Source: Lama glama (taxonomy: Eukaryota). Taken from it: DNA of 64,000 nt. Shown in pieces: positions 1 to 12,727 of the stretch; within the stretch, counting starts at the first letter, position 1, and each line of letters starts with the position of its first letter. The stretch covers positions 55,802,001 to 55,866,000 of the forward strand of contig CM052817.1 of assembly GCA_028534125.1 (NCBI GenBank), written 5' to 3'. The notes beneath the pieces are model-generated. The model made no database searches and was not told where the DNA came from. It was given only the letters and a program-made list of their open reading frames with translations. The translations under genes were made by a program, and so were the position numbers.

Positions 1-399
1 ATCTTCTACTTAGATTCAACCTGGTTGTTCACTCTTCTAAGACATACATATAAACATACAGCACATCCTTTGTTAACTCTTCAATTTCAGGGATTGTAGT
101 CATGCTTGTCACTTTTCAGATAGGAACCTGAAGATTAGTATATATTCAATAACTTCCCAGAGAAACAGTCACAACTACAGCAATTTATTTCAAAAAGGAT
201 CCATGGAGAGATTAAAATCAAGCTGCAATTGGCTTTTTGTGATTTCATTTAAAAAATGATGAAAATTGAAGTGTATGATTTCCAATGTTTTCATATTTGA
301 TTAAGTACAACTTAAGTGTTGATTGAGATCTGACCTATGACCAACAAAATGGGACATTCAGATGAGAAGTCAAAATTAGATGGTACAGAGCTCTTATCT

Positions 400-900
400 G
401 TCACTTCTACCTCATTCCTTCTATGAATTTAGCACCTAGGGTTTCATTCCCATTATTCTCACTTAACACATTAAATCTGAACCATAGCTCTTCAAATTAG
501 TAGCATCTATATTTTCTTTGAGGATCATTACAACATCTTCACCTCACAGTTATTTGACAATTCAAACTCAGACAAGCTTTATCTCCACTTCCATTTAGCC
601 ACTCAGAGTTGTACCATGTATTCGGTCTCCTTTAGGAAATGACAGGTTGAAATCATCACCTTCTGAACTGTCTTCTCTGACCACAGAATCTTTTTATCCT
701 CATGCATCTCTCTCTTTCCTATTGAAACTTCAGGCCATTCTCAGTTTTAGCTTCAGTCTTTGGACTTTATTCTAACTTTCTAGTTAATCTCTTTGTCCCG
801 ACCTCTCTTATCACTCCAGTTTACTTATGTTTCAATTATTTCCTCCCTAGAAGTCTTGACTCTGTCACAGAAGCTCATTAAACTCTCTTTTTCAATGTTC
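400..900 (+). mobile_element. Highly decayed L2 (LINE2) ORF2 fragment
   Basis: Pyrimidine-rich stretch including 'tctctgaccacagaatctttttatcct', which resembles the L2 endonuclease SDH region. Boundaries are approximate. Confidence 0.45.
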
Positions 901-2093
901 CAGCCGGTAGTACTCAATTGGTTCATATCATTAGACACAAACATGCTTCTGTGAAGGTAGCATGATTTTGACACGATCCAACATTCACTAAGTTTGCACT
1001 GCTGGAGGTAACTTGACTGATAAATGAAGGACTTGTAAATACCCTTGGCAAGCAATGAGGATCTGCAGTACTTCTGAGTAGGATGAAGCTATGACAGAAG
1101 CAGTAACTCTTTCCTGTGTATATTAAAGTTTCAAACTGATAGAAGAGGTATTATAATGGTCAAGGAACTCAATTTGGCATCTGCTGTCATAGCCCAGAAA
1201 TTACTATCATTTATTTTATTACAGTCCAGCTATAGAAAACAATACTTTTCTGCGTACATCTTCTAAAGAAGGTGTCATTAGCCATCCTAGAAGTTCAACA
1301 TTCTGGAATGTCGAGGCCCTAAATCTTAGAGAAAAACACTCACTAAGATATTTATAGAGATAATTAATCTGTTGGAGAGAAGACAAAAGAGGGCTGAATA
1401 TTCTACTTTATGCTTAATTGGAATAAAAGGGGGAAAAAAAGAGTAGCAGAATACCAGTCAGTGCTCTCAGGCATCTGGCTTAATCTACTAAAGATGCAGA
1501 TGTTCTATTTTTGGTTCATTTCCACCTACAATAGTAAACAAATAAACGCCCAGTCTGGAATCTAAAAGAAGAATGTTGGATAGTGTGAAGCCAGAAGTCA
1601 CTTCAACCTTAGGAAATCTATTCCATATTATAGAAACTGAATCTTACAGTCATTCCCTAATGAAAACATCTCCACTAACATCACAATACAGATTTCACCC
1701 CAAAGAAGAAAGGAAGTAACTCTTGGTGTTGTGAACACTGAGGAGAGGGGAACTTCCTATGATCACAACCAGACACCAATTTTTGGTACCTCATAAAAAA
1801 AAATGTAGCTAAAGGTTTTTATGTAACAATTAAGTTTACACTTAAAGCCTAGACTTTGAGAAGTTACAGCACAAGATTTTCTCTACAGAAACTGGGTTAA
1901 TAAGATGGTCTCTTCCAATTCAGGTAGGCAAGGAATACGGGGCAATGTGGCTCCCTTACAGAAGTCAGCAGATAACAGAGTAATAATAGAGATACCATGG
2001 TAAACAGTCAAATATGGAATCCAGAAGATCATTTTAACTATTGGAGATCTGAACAAAGCAATCTCTTGGTGAGTTTTCCTAGGAGTCTAGGAT

Positions 2094-2168
2094 TCTTTCT
2101 TCCTTCCTTCCTTTCTTCTTTTCTTACTTTTTCTCTCTCTCTCTTTCTTTCTCTCATTCTATCTATCT
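2094..2168. repeat. Polypyrimidine microsatellite (CTTT/CCTT/CT)n
   Basis: ttctttcttccttccttcctttcttctttt...ctctctctct seen directly. Confidence 0.9.
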
Positions 2169-4049
2169 TTACATTTTACCATGTAAGCCAAAACATTAGT
2201 GTTGAGTTTTTTTGGAAAACATAATTTATTCATATAATACAGTGTATTTATTATGTTTCAGTAACACGTGTATTATCACAGCAACTTCTAAAAACAGGTA
2301 TCTATGTGGACTAAACACTCAAACATAGTCAAAAGTACACGCATTGAGGCTGGGTTTATATACAGTCTTTTGCTGTACCATGATGTTTAAATTCTCAATG
2401 ACACTTCATTGCAGCTTACTTAAGGAAATCATACTTTATATGCATGTGTATCTGTAGTTCTACACTTTCAAACAAATCTAGAACATTTAAAATTATAATG
2501 TTCATTGCCATAGTGCTTTAAATAATGACCACTCCTGCTTTGGCACACCATGTGTAAAACGCTTTTGCATATTCATTCAAAAGCCATTGTAATAAACACA
2601 TTGGTGTAAGTGAGAGAAATAGAATACCACAAAACATTGCTATAAGGCAATGCATGTATAGGGTTTTACATATTAAGTAATGTAAAAATTTTACTCATCA
2701 GCAAAAATAAATTTCAGTTAGGCACCTTAATTTAGATAGGGTCATGTTATTTACTTGAACAACAATTATTTCAGTGATTAAGAACAGATGAAGAATTCTT
2801 TCTTGTGAAGTCTTTTGTGTCAGGGATACAGTTAACATCTACTCATTAAATAACTTTCTGTAATAAACGGCACCATTAGTTTGAGATGTTCAGCATTTGA
2901 TTGTAAATAGTTATAACTGGATGCAGAGAAAATCATCTAAGAGATGTAAGAAACTTTTGATAGTTTCTAGCAATTGTTTCTAGCGATCAGCAGTAAAAAT
3001 GTCAGTTTATTAACAAAGTTTCTCTTAATGAGTGGTCACATTATCATCCTATTTAACTCACTAGGTAAATTCCAGCTACATAATAAATGTAACTATTAAA
3101 CAAGATCTCTGTAATCCAGAAAAATTTTAAAAATCAAATTTATCGGTAATCAGAAGGAAAAAGGGATTATGACTTAGGAGCTCAATCAAGGTGTATATAA
3201 TAAAATCTTAAAAAACAAAAAGAATAAAAACCTCTCCAAACTCAAGATAAAGTCTTCAGTCTAGCCCAACAGAAAACAAGACTTTATCCTACAACTTATC
3301 GTAGAATGGAAAGAAACAACTGTTAGGACTTCAGAGTTTTATCACCGTATATCTTTGCTTTTCATTTTATTTTTATTTCTTGTACTCTCAGAAAATTTTA
3401 TTCTTTGTAAAAATTGGAAATCTGTATTTAATCTGATATTTGTTTTCCAAGGCACTTAGAGATGTGATTACTTTGAGGTATCAATTTCCTCTTCTATGAA
3501 TTGAGTGAATTAGTCTAGAAACATTGTAAGAATTTTTAATTAATTTTATTGTTTTGGGGATGTGGGCAAGGTTCAGACACTATTCCAACTGAGGAGGATT
3601 TGTCCCAGATTTAGAAAAATATGAGCTTAAAGAATCCTTAGGTTTAATGCCTAGGTTTAAAGGGAAGACTACAGTTCCAGTAAATGCGTTTCAAATAGAT
3701 GAAAATTAAAAACATATGTGCAAATGTTTACATATGCATATTTCTAAATATCTGATTGGGGATAAGGCTTAAGAAGACTGAAAGACCCAAGATACCACTC
3801 CCTCCTTCTCCCTGTGTTTCTGTGGGCTATAGTAGCGCATCCATCATGGAACTGTAGTTCACACTTACTTTACTCCCTTATCCCTGCCCCATTCTCCATC
3901 TGCTACCATGTTGGCCAGAAGTCATAGCAGTTTATACACATAACTTATGTGTAACATATTGAGTCACAGAATTTCTAAACAGAGAATGTTTCAGTGATGT
4001 GTAGTTTTGAGAAAAAAGTATGTGAAGAAGCAAGTTGTATAGCTTGTGT

Positions 4050-4700
4050 CAAGGCTTATGATCTGGGGCCACGCATCACTGACTCCTGCCTACCCTCCTA
4101 GCTACATCTAACGCTGCCCACCCCATATCTTTCAACACTCTACTTTCATTGAACTTCTGGCAATTCCATAGATATTCTAAACTTTTTTTTTTAACATCTC
4201 AGAATACCATCTGTTCTTTGTACTGCCATCCCTCTCCCCCAAACTTGCTCTTTCATCTGGGTAATTTATCTTTATGTTTCAGCATGAATAATCCTTTCTT
4301 AGACCTTCTTCACCTTCCATATTAATTAGACGTTCTTCATCATTATTTCTCATTTACAGTGTGTTTTTCCAGTCTTTAAGTATAATCATTATTTGGAATC
4401 AAAACTATACCAGTGTATGTTATTATATATACTGAATTTGATTTGTTTGAATAGTCAAGTAGGTAGATCCAATAGCCAATTAGACTCAAACATCTGTATT
4501 CAGAGTATAAATGAGAATTTGAAGGCACTGACTTCCAGGAATAGAACATTACACTACATAACACCACAAAAGCTCATTCAGAGAAAGCCTGCAAATGAAA
4601 TATGAAAAGATTGGTGAAAACCACGTATCTAGAAAACATACATATTAAAGGCACAACATAGGAAGAGGAACACCCACTGGAACTGAGTGGCCTGTAACAC
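4050..4700. mobile_element. L2 fragments (sense 3' region ~4050-4420; antisense piece ~4440-4700)
   Basis: 'aaggcttatgatctgg...cctgcctaccctcctagc' is a typical L2 3' region. 'gtcaagtaggtagatcc...tagactcaaacatctgtattcagag' resembles antisense L2. Confidence 0.5.
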
Positions 4701-6154
4701 AGGCCACACTGACAGAAGTCCTAGCAACCCACTGGAGAAATTCATTTCTAAGAGCCTTTCATTCAGAACTAGACGACAACAGTATCTCAAATCCTACCCA
4801 TTCTTAAAATCTCAAGCTCTAATTCTCTCTTCCTATAGATAGTATTTGTAGAACAGAGTGAAATGTTTCTGTTCTTCAAGCTCCAAGCCTCCAGCTTTGT
4901 TATTATTTACTTTAAAAAATATTTTGTATAAGAGTCAATAATATATTTATTTCATACTTTCCCAAATTAAATGATAAAACACTGGAAGCAGGGGCTTTTT
5001 TTTTTTTTGGATCTACAATATAAAATACAGATACTTGGTCATCGTTAGCCTTTCATAAATGTTTATATTATGTTTGATTTCAGAATATTTTTATCAGAAT
5101 CATGGAAACAAAATTGATTGCTTAATTGCTCTTTTTTGCTATAATGAAACTAGGATAAATATGCATACATGTATATATAGTTGGTATTCCTTTTCTGGTA
5201 ATATTTGTAATACATTATTTACTAATTATTTAATAAAAGTACATTAAACATACATAATTTAGACTCTGCAAGTGGAGTACATTAAGTAAAATAGTCCCTG
5301 TGTAGAAAATGGGTGTTTTCCCATGGTCGGTTGGGTTTCTTTGAGAAAAGGGAAAAGCCTAGTCTGTAGAAAATATTAATTTCTTCATGTAAACCAAGGC
5401 CAGTCCCAAACCTGTGTCACCATCCAAACTCATATGGAATAAACAGCAGTGTAATGAGAGACAAGAGAATAACTGGAACCATGTTGCAAACTGTTTTAAT
5501 TTCCTTATATTAATGATAATTTCCTAGATGTGTTTAGAAATCATTTTAATGAATTGTGCAAATGCTTTCTTCTTCAAAACTTGACTACTCATAGACTAGG
5601 ATTTTTGAATCTTGCTTGGGTAATCCTTATGACGTAGGGGAATAGTCACTATTGAAACCAGACTGCAGGCATTCTTGATCTAAATATTGGCAACTTTGTG
5701 ATTTTCAAGCAAAAGAAAAAGAAGTTTTTGCCACTGACCAAAGACAGTAATCAGAATTAAAATCATAGATGGGAAAAGGTGACAGAAGAGGTGTGTATGA
5801 CTATAAAGGAGTAGTTTATCTCAATTAACCATTCTAGAAATTTAAGAGATATCCTTTAATCCTAAGATTATTTGAGATTAAAATTTTAATTAGTTTTTAT
5901 CCTTAATAAAGATAGTACTTAAACCTTTAATCCTAGGATCTCAAAGCCAATTAACAAATAAATCTCCAATTTTCCCATGAAGAATGTACACATATTGGCT
6001 TCCTCATTTACAGTTAGAACCACTGTGGGAGATTCATTCTAAATTACATACTAAAACATGGTCCTTATTTCTTATATCAGCTATATGAAAATGTTTTACT
6101 GATCTAATTATTAAAATGGAAGATTATTAAAAATTAAAACATATCATGCCTAAT

Positions 6155-6390
6155 TGTTAGAGCTTTGGCAAGTGATGCACTGAGTTTAACTTTTAGTTTT
6201 GAAAATTACATGATATGGGATCTTTGATTTTTCAACCTCCTAAAACTTTAGTTCCTTTGTATAAAAATAAAGATTATAACTGCATCCTTTTCAAAGAATC
6301 GCTTTGAGTACTGAATGAGATAATGCTTTAAATGCTTAGCATCAAGTTAGAACATACTAGGCAGTTACTAAAATGTCAGGTACTATAGTA
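6155..6390 (+). mobile_element. MIR SINE
   Basis: Core-like 'aaaactttagttcctttgtataaaaataaagattataac' and a 3' end 'tgaatgagataatgctttaaatgcttagca'. Confidence 0.65.
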
Positions 6391-6499
6391 TTAATAAGTA
6401 TTAAAATACAAGGAAGATATATTAACAACTAAAATTAAGGTAGAATTTTAAATATAAGTATTTATATAGAAAAAGTTACTGATACAATTTTACCCTCTG

Positions 6500-8630
6500 T
6501 TAGGCTGCTGTAAGTGAAAAGAATCTACCAAGAATCTAAAATAAATGAAACTGTGACTCCTGGCTGGTAGAAAGTATCAAAACCAACTTAAACACTGAGT
6601 TTCTGCTCAAATCTGGGCAGCTGCATTAGACAAGTGAAGCACTAAATAAAACTAAGGTCTACTAAAGCTGGGGAATGTTATAGGACCCCCACATAATGAT
6701 GAGAATTGAGAAATTTACCTAGCTACCCTTGGGGGTATAAGAAATAAGCCCCACTGTTCCCAGGAGGACAAGTAAATTTATCTAAAACCTGTAACTGCAT
6801 TAAGGCGATGAACACAAGTCTCCTGAGAATTTCTAGCCACAACTTTCCACTGTCACATTTGCATTCTTAATTGATGTTTCTCACGTAGTTAAAAAATAAA
6901 TCTCAGGTAAGAAACTGAATTTAAAATAATTTTAGTTAGGGTCATCTTCAAGGTACTTCTGAAAGATACATAAAACTCCTTGGCAGAACTTTACTTCAAA
7001 ATATGCTTCAAAGTATTATCTCAAGACAAAATTCCAAGGAAAACAAGAAGCTTAACAAAAATCAGAAAGTAAACAAACTTGTGAAAGATTTAGATAATAG
7101 AATTCTTTCATGTAGAACAGAAATGCCTGCATATAATGTGAGTAAAGAACAAAATTAAATGTTAAAGATGGGCAGGTAAAATGTGAAAAAAGAAGCCAAT
7201 ATAACTTATAGATATGAAAAATATAGTTGTAGTAATTATAAAGTCAATATATAAATCAACCAGTCAATTAGACACAGTTGAAGAGAGGATTAGTGAACCA
7301 TAGGAGATATGTCAGAAACAATTATCCATGATTGTTTTCATGTCCTCATGCTCCCAGAAAAAGACTGATTGTTTATAGTCATAGTATCAAGTAAATTCCA
7401 GAATTGATTTTCAACCTCTCAATCAATGCCAATTTGTTTCAGTGATCATGCTTCTGAAAGTTAACCAGTCAGTGACAGCCACATACTTTAAGGGTCAGCA
7501 AATCTCCAAGGGGCGCTCAATCCAGTGAGCATGCTTCTAAACTGATAATAATCTATTCCCATCTCTGTAACCAACATAACTTCCCCCAAATGTTTCCCAA
7601 AACCTAAACATTTTATTCTCCTCAATTATATTTGCTTGTCCAGTGTAACTCTCTCTAAATTAAATAATAAATTTAATTATCTGTTTCAGATATTCAAGAG
7701 GTGTTTCTGTCTTCAACATCTAAAATGTAGTCTAGAGAGGCAAAAATAGAGGGAAAAAAGAGAAGAGATTTGAAAAATGGAGTCGGAATATCAACTACTC
7801 AAATCAGGGATCCAGAAGATAAGTGAGAAAATCAGTGTCAATAATAAAAGAAATAATGACTGAAAAATTTTCAGGACCCCAATATTAAGATTCAAGAATT
7901 CTAAGAAATCTGAAGCAAAAATTATATTAAGAGGTTTAAAACCTAAATGTATCTAGAGGAAATATATATGCCCAAACACAAAAGGACATAATAGAGCCGA
8001 ACCAAGAGGGAAAAAAAGGACACAGATCACCTACAAGAGAATGGGAACAACACAGCACAAAAATGAATGGAATTATATCCTTAATATTCCAAGAGAAAAT
8101 ATCTTTCATTGTCTAATCGTACGAAGTAAATTCATCATTGCTTAAAGAAAAAATGTTTAATTCCCTGGTAAGATATAATAATCACCACAGTTATTGCAAC
8201 ACATATTGTCAAAATACATAAAGTGACATTATTAATAAAAAAATTTTTCTAATTGATTACCATTGAGTGACATTTAAAAACATGCCGTTTTCCCTTTCAA
8301 ATCTTTGCTCAGTAAACACAGGCAATAATACTTTTATTATTCAGAAATCTGATGTTTTCAAAAATTGTATGAATACCACTAAATTCTACTTATCATTCAG
8401 TGTATCCAAAAATATCAGAAAAAGAAAGACATTATGCGTCTGTACCTTTACTAAACACACACACACACAAATGACAGCCATAATGCTACAAGTGAAAAAC
8501 AAAAACAAACCATAACTAAAGACAGTGAATGAAGAGATAAATAGAAAGTTATTGAAGAATAAGAAAGCAAGCAGAAAAAGAGAAAAATGAAACCTAAATT
8601 ATGTCAGTGCTTCAAAAATTGAATGTACTA
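6500..8630 (+). mobile_element. Ancient L1M/HAL1-type element, decayed ORF1, interrupted by an LTR
   Basis: ORF1-like 'attagacacagttgaagagaggattagtgaac' (~7268-7300) continues after 7719 with 'gggatccagaag', 'attcaagaattctaagaaatc' and 'cagatcacctacaagaga'. Confidence 0.6.
7329..7718 (+). mobile_element. Solo LTR, probably an old ERV1-class element
   Basis: Begins TG and ends CAACA, with AATAAA near the 3' end. It splits L1 ORF1 sequence. Candidate 4-bp TSD tcca (7325-7328) / tcta (7719-7722). Confidence 0.55.
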
Positions 8631-10335
8631 GACACTGGAAGGCATGATTTTAGCATATATGATCAATTCTTGATTGAATATATTCACAAATCATGTGGCT
8701 GTTTTGGAATATTATTTTCTCCAAGTAAAGGTGATCTAGTTTTAAAAAAATCACCTTTGCTGACCCTTCATATAGGAGTTTTGTCTGAAGTTTCATATGA
8801 AAATGTTAATTTCAGAAAGTGTAAGTAAGTTTTCTAGTAAGCAATGGTTTCTTGACATTTGTATTAAAAATGCAAATCCTGGTCCTAGAATATGTTTTTT
8901 GTTCTTTCCCCCTCTTCTTCCCTCCCTCTGAAATTCAAATTATATATGGAACATTAGAAAACTTTTTAGAAACTTTAGAAAACTGTATTTTCAAAGTACA
9001 GTCTGTATTCATTTCTTGTGAAGAAATCACTTCCTAAGAGAAACTCTATTATTATTGATGATCTAGATGATGTTTTGTTAAAAGGTTTTAGAAATCCTTC
9101 CATTAATTTAGTTGTATGAAAATGGTGAACTTATTTTTTGCTCAGTCTTTCTTTTGCAGAGTCTCATATCAAGAAAAAAGCATGTGAGCACATTAATGAG
9201 GCATACAAGTGGGAAAGCAATACTTAGAGTTCTTCTAATTCAGCAGTTTAGATTATACTATTAAAAGACGTTGAAGTGTTTCATTGTCATCCAAAGAAAA
9301 AAAGTGTAAGATTGTTTAAAGCACAAATGTATCTTCACGACTTTATACTGTCTCATTTCCTTGCAATAACAAATGAACATCTAAAAAGTAGAATCTTCCT
9401 TTAGGGCTGAGATGATAAATGAAATACATTTCATTTAAAAAGTAGTTTTTCATCTACACTTTTGTGTTCCTTTTAAAAATAACCTTCACTGACTTAATTC
9501 CAGAAAAAAAAATCCATATAACTTTGCATGTTAGTGATACTAAGTTAAATATAACATCCAGACACGGTCATTTATGTCAAGACAAGAAAATTAAACTCAG
9601 TTTTTCCCTTTCTTTCAAACAATATTCACCTAAATAAATTTTATAAGATGTGCATAGTTGTTTAAGAGATATTTACTATTAATATTTTTTCTATCATCTC
9701 TTCTTGGCCATCTTGTGATAAAATGTATGTGTATGTTGATTTAAAAAAGGAGAAAGTATACTAAATAATGGTACTGAAAATATTTGGGTATAGGTACCAT
9801 GTATATGAAATGCCTAATCTGCTTTCTATAGTAGTTAATTTTATTGATAAAGTCACAGACATATTAGCATACAAAGGTACAAGTTAGGAATTTTCAAAGA
9901 AGTGCCTGATGTTTGGCTTGCCAGACTTTTTGGTGATTATTGTAACACTGGGTAAGTCAAGAGAGTGATAATTTTTAGTTCTCTTAGTATAATTAAGCAA
10001 ACTGGATTTAATGAGTTCAAATACATTTAATACACTCAATACATTCAAATAGTATTCATATGTCTACGTCAGCCTGGCTTATTTTATCTAGTAACTGTCA
10101 TAGAATATGTCCTGTTCTTTTTCTCTTGAATGAAAATTTTTCAAAAAAGTATGCTTTTTAAATCTAATTATGAAATGAACTAAAACAGTTGTGGAAAAAT
10201 CTGAATCACAAAATTCTAAAGGGGATGGGATAAGAACTAAAATTAAATTGGGGTACCTGTGGAATTCCATTCCTAGTTTGAAAACAGTAATGCTTTGAAA
10301 AAGGATACCATCTTCCCTAAAAGCTATTTTCACAG

Positions 10336-10371
10336 ACACACACACACACACACGCTCACACACGCAGACAT
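10336..10371. repeat. (CA)n microsatellite, imperfect
   Basis: acacacacacacacacacgctcacacacgc. Confidence 0.9.
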
Positions 10372-10619
10372 CTACTTTACATGTCTGTAATTTAATTATA
10401 ATGTATATGGCAACCAAAATTCTAATAAAATCTTATCCTAATCAACAGAAATATATTTTCAGTATAGAGAAATACTCATCTTACATGATCTAATGCTAGC
10501 AAAAACTTATCAAAATGGGGGGTTCAGCTTGCTGTATTTCATTATAAGGTGACAGTTCAGAGACTGGAATATTTCAGTAATTACACAAATATGAACTTAG
10601 CATCTACCAGAAAGCAGAC

Positions 10620-11660
10620 AATATGCTATATAGTAGATGTCACACACACACAAAATAAATGAATAAAAAACACAGTTTTTGCCTTTAAAGAGAGTACACC
10701 ACAGACTGGATATAAGGGAAAGTAATCAGGCTAATGTGGGATCCGGACTGAATTCTAATACTCACTCACTGAACAAATCTACAGTGGACTGCCTACGAGG
10801 CACACTTCCCATCATGTAGAAGGAAACTTGAACCAGACAGTTAGGTAATGTGGGAAATGAGTCCTATGTGCAAGTGAATTATCACATTAAAAGTGATCAG
10901 TAATGGTGAATCATAGATGAAACAGATGAGTGCATTGAAGGAAAGAATAGGAAAGTTCACGCAGAAGACAGCATTTGGAAGTGGACCATGAAGAATGCCT
11001 ATGATTTGACTATTACAGTGAGGGGAAGAAATTCTAGGAAAGGAAACAGAAAAAGCAAACAAAAGGAATTGGGGGATGCACCATGCATGTGTCAAACTGC
11101 ATAGTGGGAAATATTAGGCAAGTCAAATTAAATTTTAGCTATAAGAATTTTTCACATTTGTCTCATAAATCTGGCCCTTATTTTTCCCTTTTTAAAGTAG
11201 AAGAATAGACATATCAGAATTTTGCTTTGATAAAATCAGTATAGTTAAGGGTGTACATATTTTATTCGGACTTGGTGGAATCTGCCAGAAGCTGAGTTTA
11301 GACACCAGGCGGGTAGCATATTGGGAGAGGAAATAGGCACAGGATGCAGAGGCAGATCTGAAGGCTGGAATAAAAGAATTCAGAAGTTACTTGGATATGA
11401 AACCATAATGGAAAAGAGAAGTCAAGTTTTGTACGTCAGTGATTAGGGACATGGTGGTAAAAGAACAACTTGTGGAAAATAATACAAGAAGAAAGTTGCA
11501 GGGAAAATCAATTAGTTAATACTGCATGAATAGGGTAGTTATGTGGAAACGCTATGCAGTGACTTGGGCATGTGGTTCTACAGTAATAGAGGTGCAAGAG
11601 CTTCAGAGTCATTTCCTTTAAAGAAAGGGCATAGATTTAAAAGTTTCTGGAAATTTGATA
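10620..11660 (-). mobile_element. L2 element (3' portion), antisense
   Basis: 'gaagacagcatttggaagtggaccatgaagaatg...attctaggaaaggaaacagaaaaagcaaac' is typical reverse-complement L2. Confidence 0.65.
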
Positions 11661-12291
11661 TAAGCCTGAATATAAAGATACTAGCTTGCAATAGTGTATT
11701 TTCTCAAATTTGTCAGAATGATTCCTACTTAGACTGTATCCAGTAGATATATACACTTTTTAATATTAAGGGGCCAAGAAAAGGACACGTGTTAACGTGT
11801 ATCATCTGTTCCTGTTCTGTGCACACCCTAGCTTGTTAAGTTTATGTGTCCCTGGCAAATTTTAGTGAGGGATGGGTGGCTTGTGTGTGGTGTTTTCCCT
11901 GCCAACTTGTAAGCAACTTGAAATGCTTCATGGAAAGGGTAACAGTATCAAAAAATTTTAAAAATATTTTGTTATAAATACTTGAGTTAAATAAGAAAAA
12001 GAAGAAAAGGCAGAAAAGGCTGGCTGTGCTCAACTAAGGCAGATAGATCCTACGTATTTGCATTATATTACCAGGAAGAGTAAACTTGATAGAACACTTT
12101 TCAATGTAAAAACAACGATTGGAGAATTGTTTAAAATTCTATGAGACAGTTATGAAAATGGAAAGTTTTTTGCTACCAAGCAAAGTAGAAGTTGCTAACC
12201 TTACATGCATAGGTGAATCTGAGAAAAAGGCTTTGCATTTATTATCAAGAAACTTTTTCCTTGGTAAATAAGGAACTATTTCATGGCTACT

Positions 12292-12727
12292 TGGTAGATT
12301 ACAAAAAATAACCTCAATAATCTTCAACTTGCTTCCCACTGAGGGATGGGATCCTATTTTCCTATCTCTTGAATCTTGGCTGGTCTTAGAAATTGTTTTG
12401 TGACACTGTACCAAATTTCAAGCCCAGGCCTGAAGAGATGTTGTAGCTTCTCATCTTTTGGAACCCTGCAACTAGCATGTAGAGAGAGAGGCCTGTTGGA
12501 TGAGGAAAGACAGAAACAAAGTCAGCCCTGACACTCTGCCAATAGCCTACTAAATCACCTGTTAAGTGACTGAGACTGCATGTCTGATCCCAGCAGAGAT
12601 CCCTGGGTGGCCTCAGGTCAGATGAACTATGCAGCCAATTCACCAACAATGAGCTGAATGAGGGGTGGTTGCTTTAAGCCACTAAATTTGGGGGTACTCT
12701 GTTATATAGCAAAACCTAACTAAAATA
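12292..12727 (+). mobile_element. MaLR solo LTR (MLT1H/F-like)
   Basis: Diagnostic 3' end 'ttgctttaagccactaaatttgggggtactctgttatatagcaaaacctaactaaaata' and internal 'tctcttgaatcttggctgg'. Confidence 0.8.

Noticed and set aside
1962..2068. Possible exon: 'ctcccttacag' acceptor, ATG at 1997, 'ttg|gtgagt' donor
   Set aside because: The peptide is not recognisable, the sequence resembles decayed antisense L2, and I found no partner exon.
8776..9230. Splice-like signals ('gtaagtaagt' at 8821; 'tctttcttttgcag' at ~9159)
   Set aside because: The joined frames hit stop codons quickly and match no protein I know. A non-coding exon cannot be excluded without RNA-seq.
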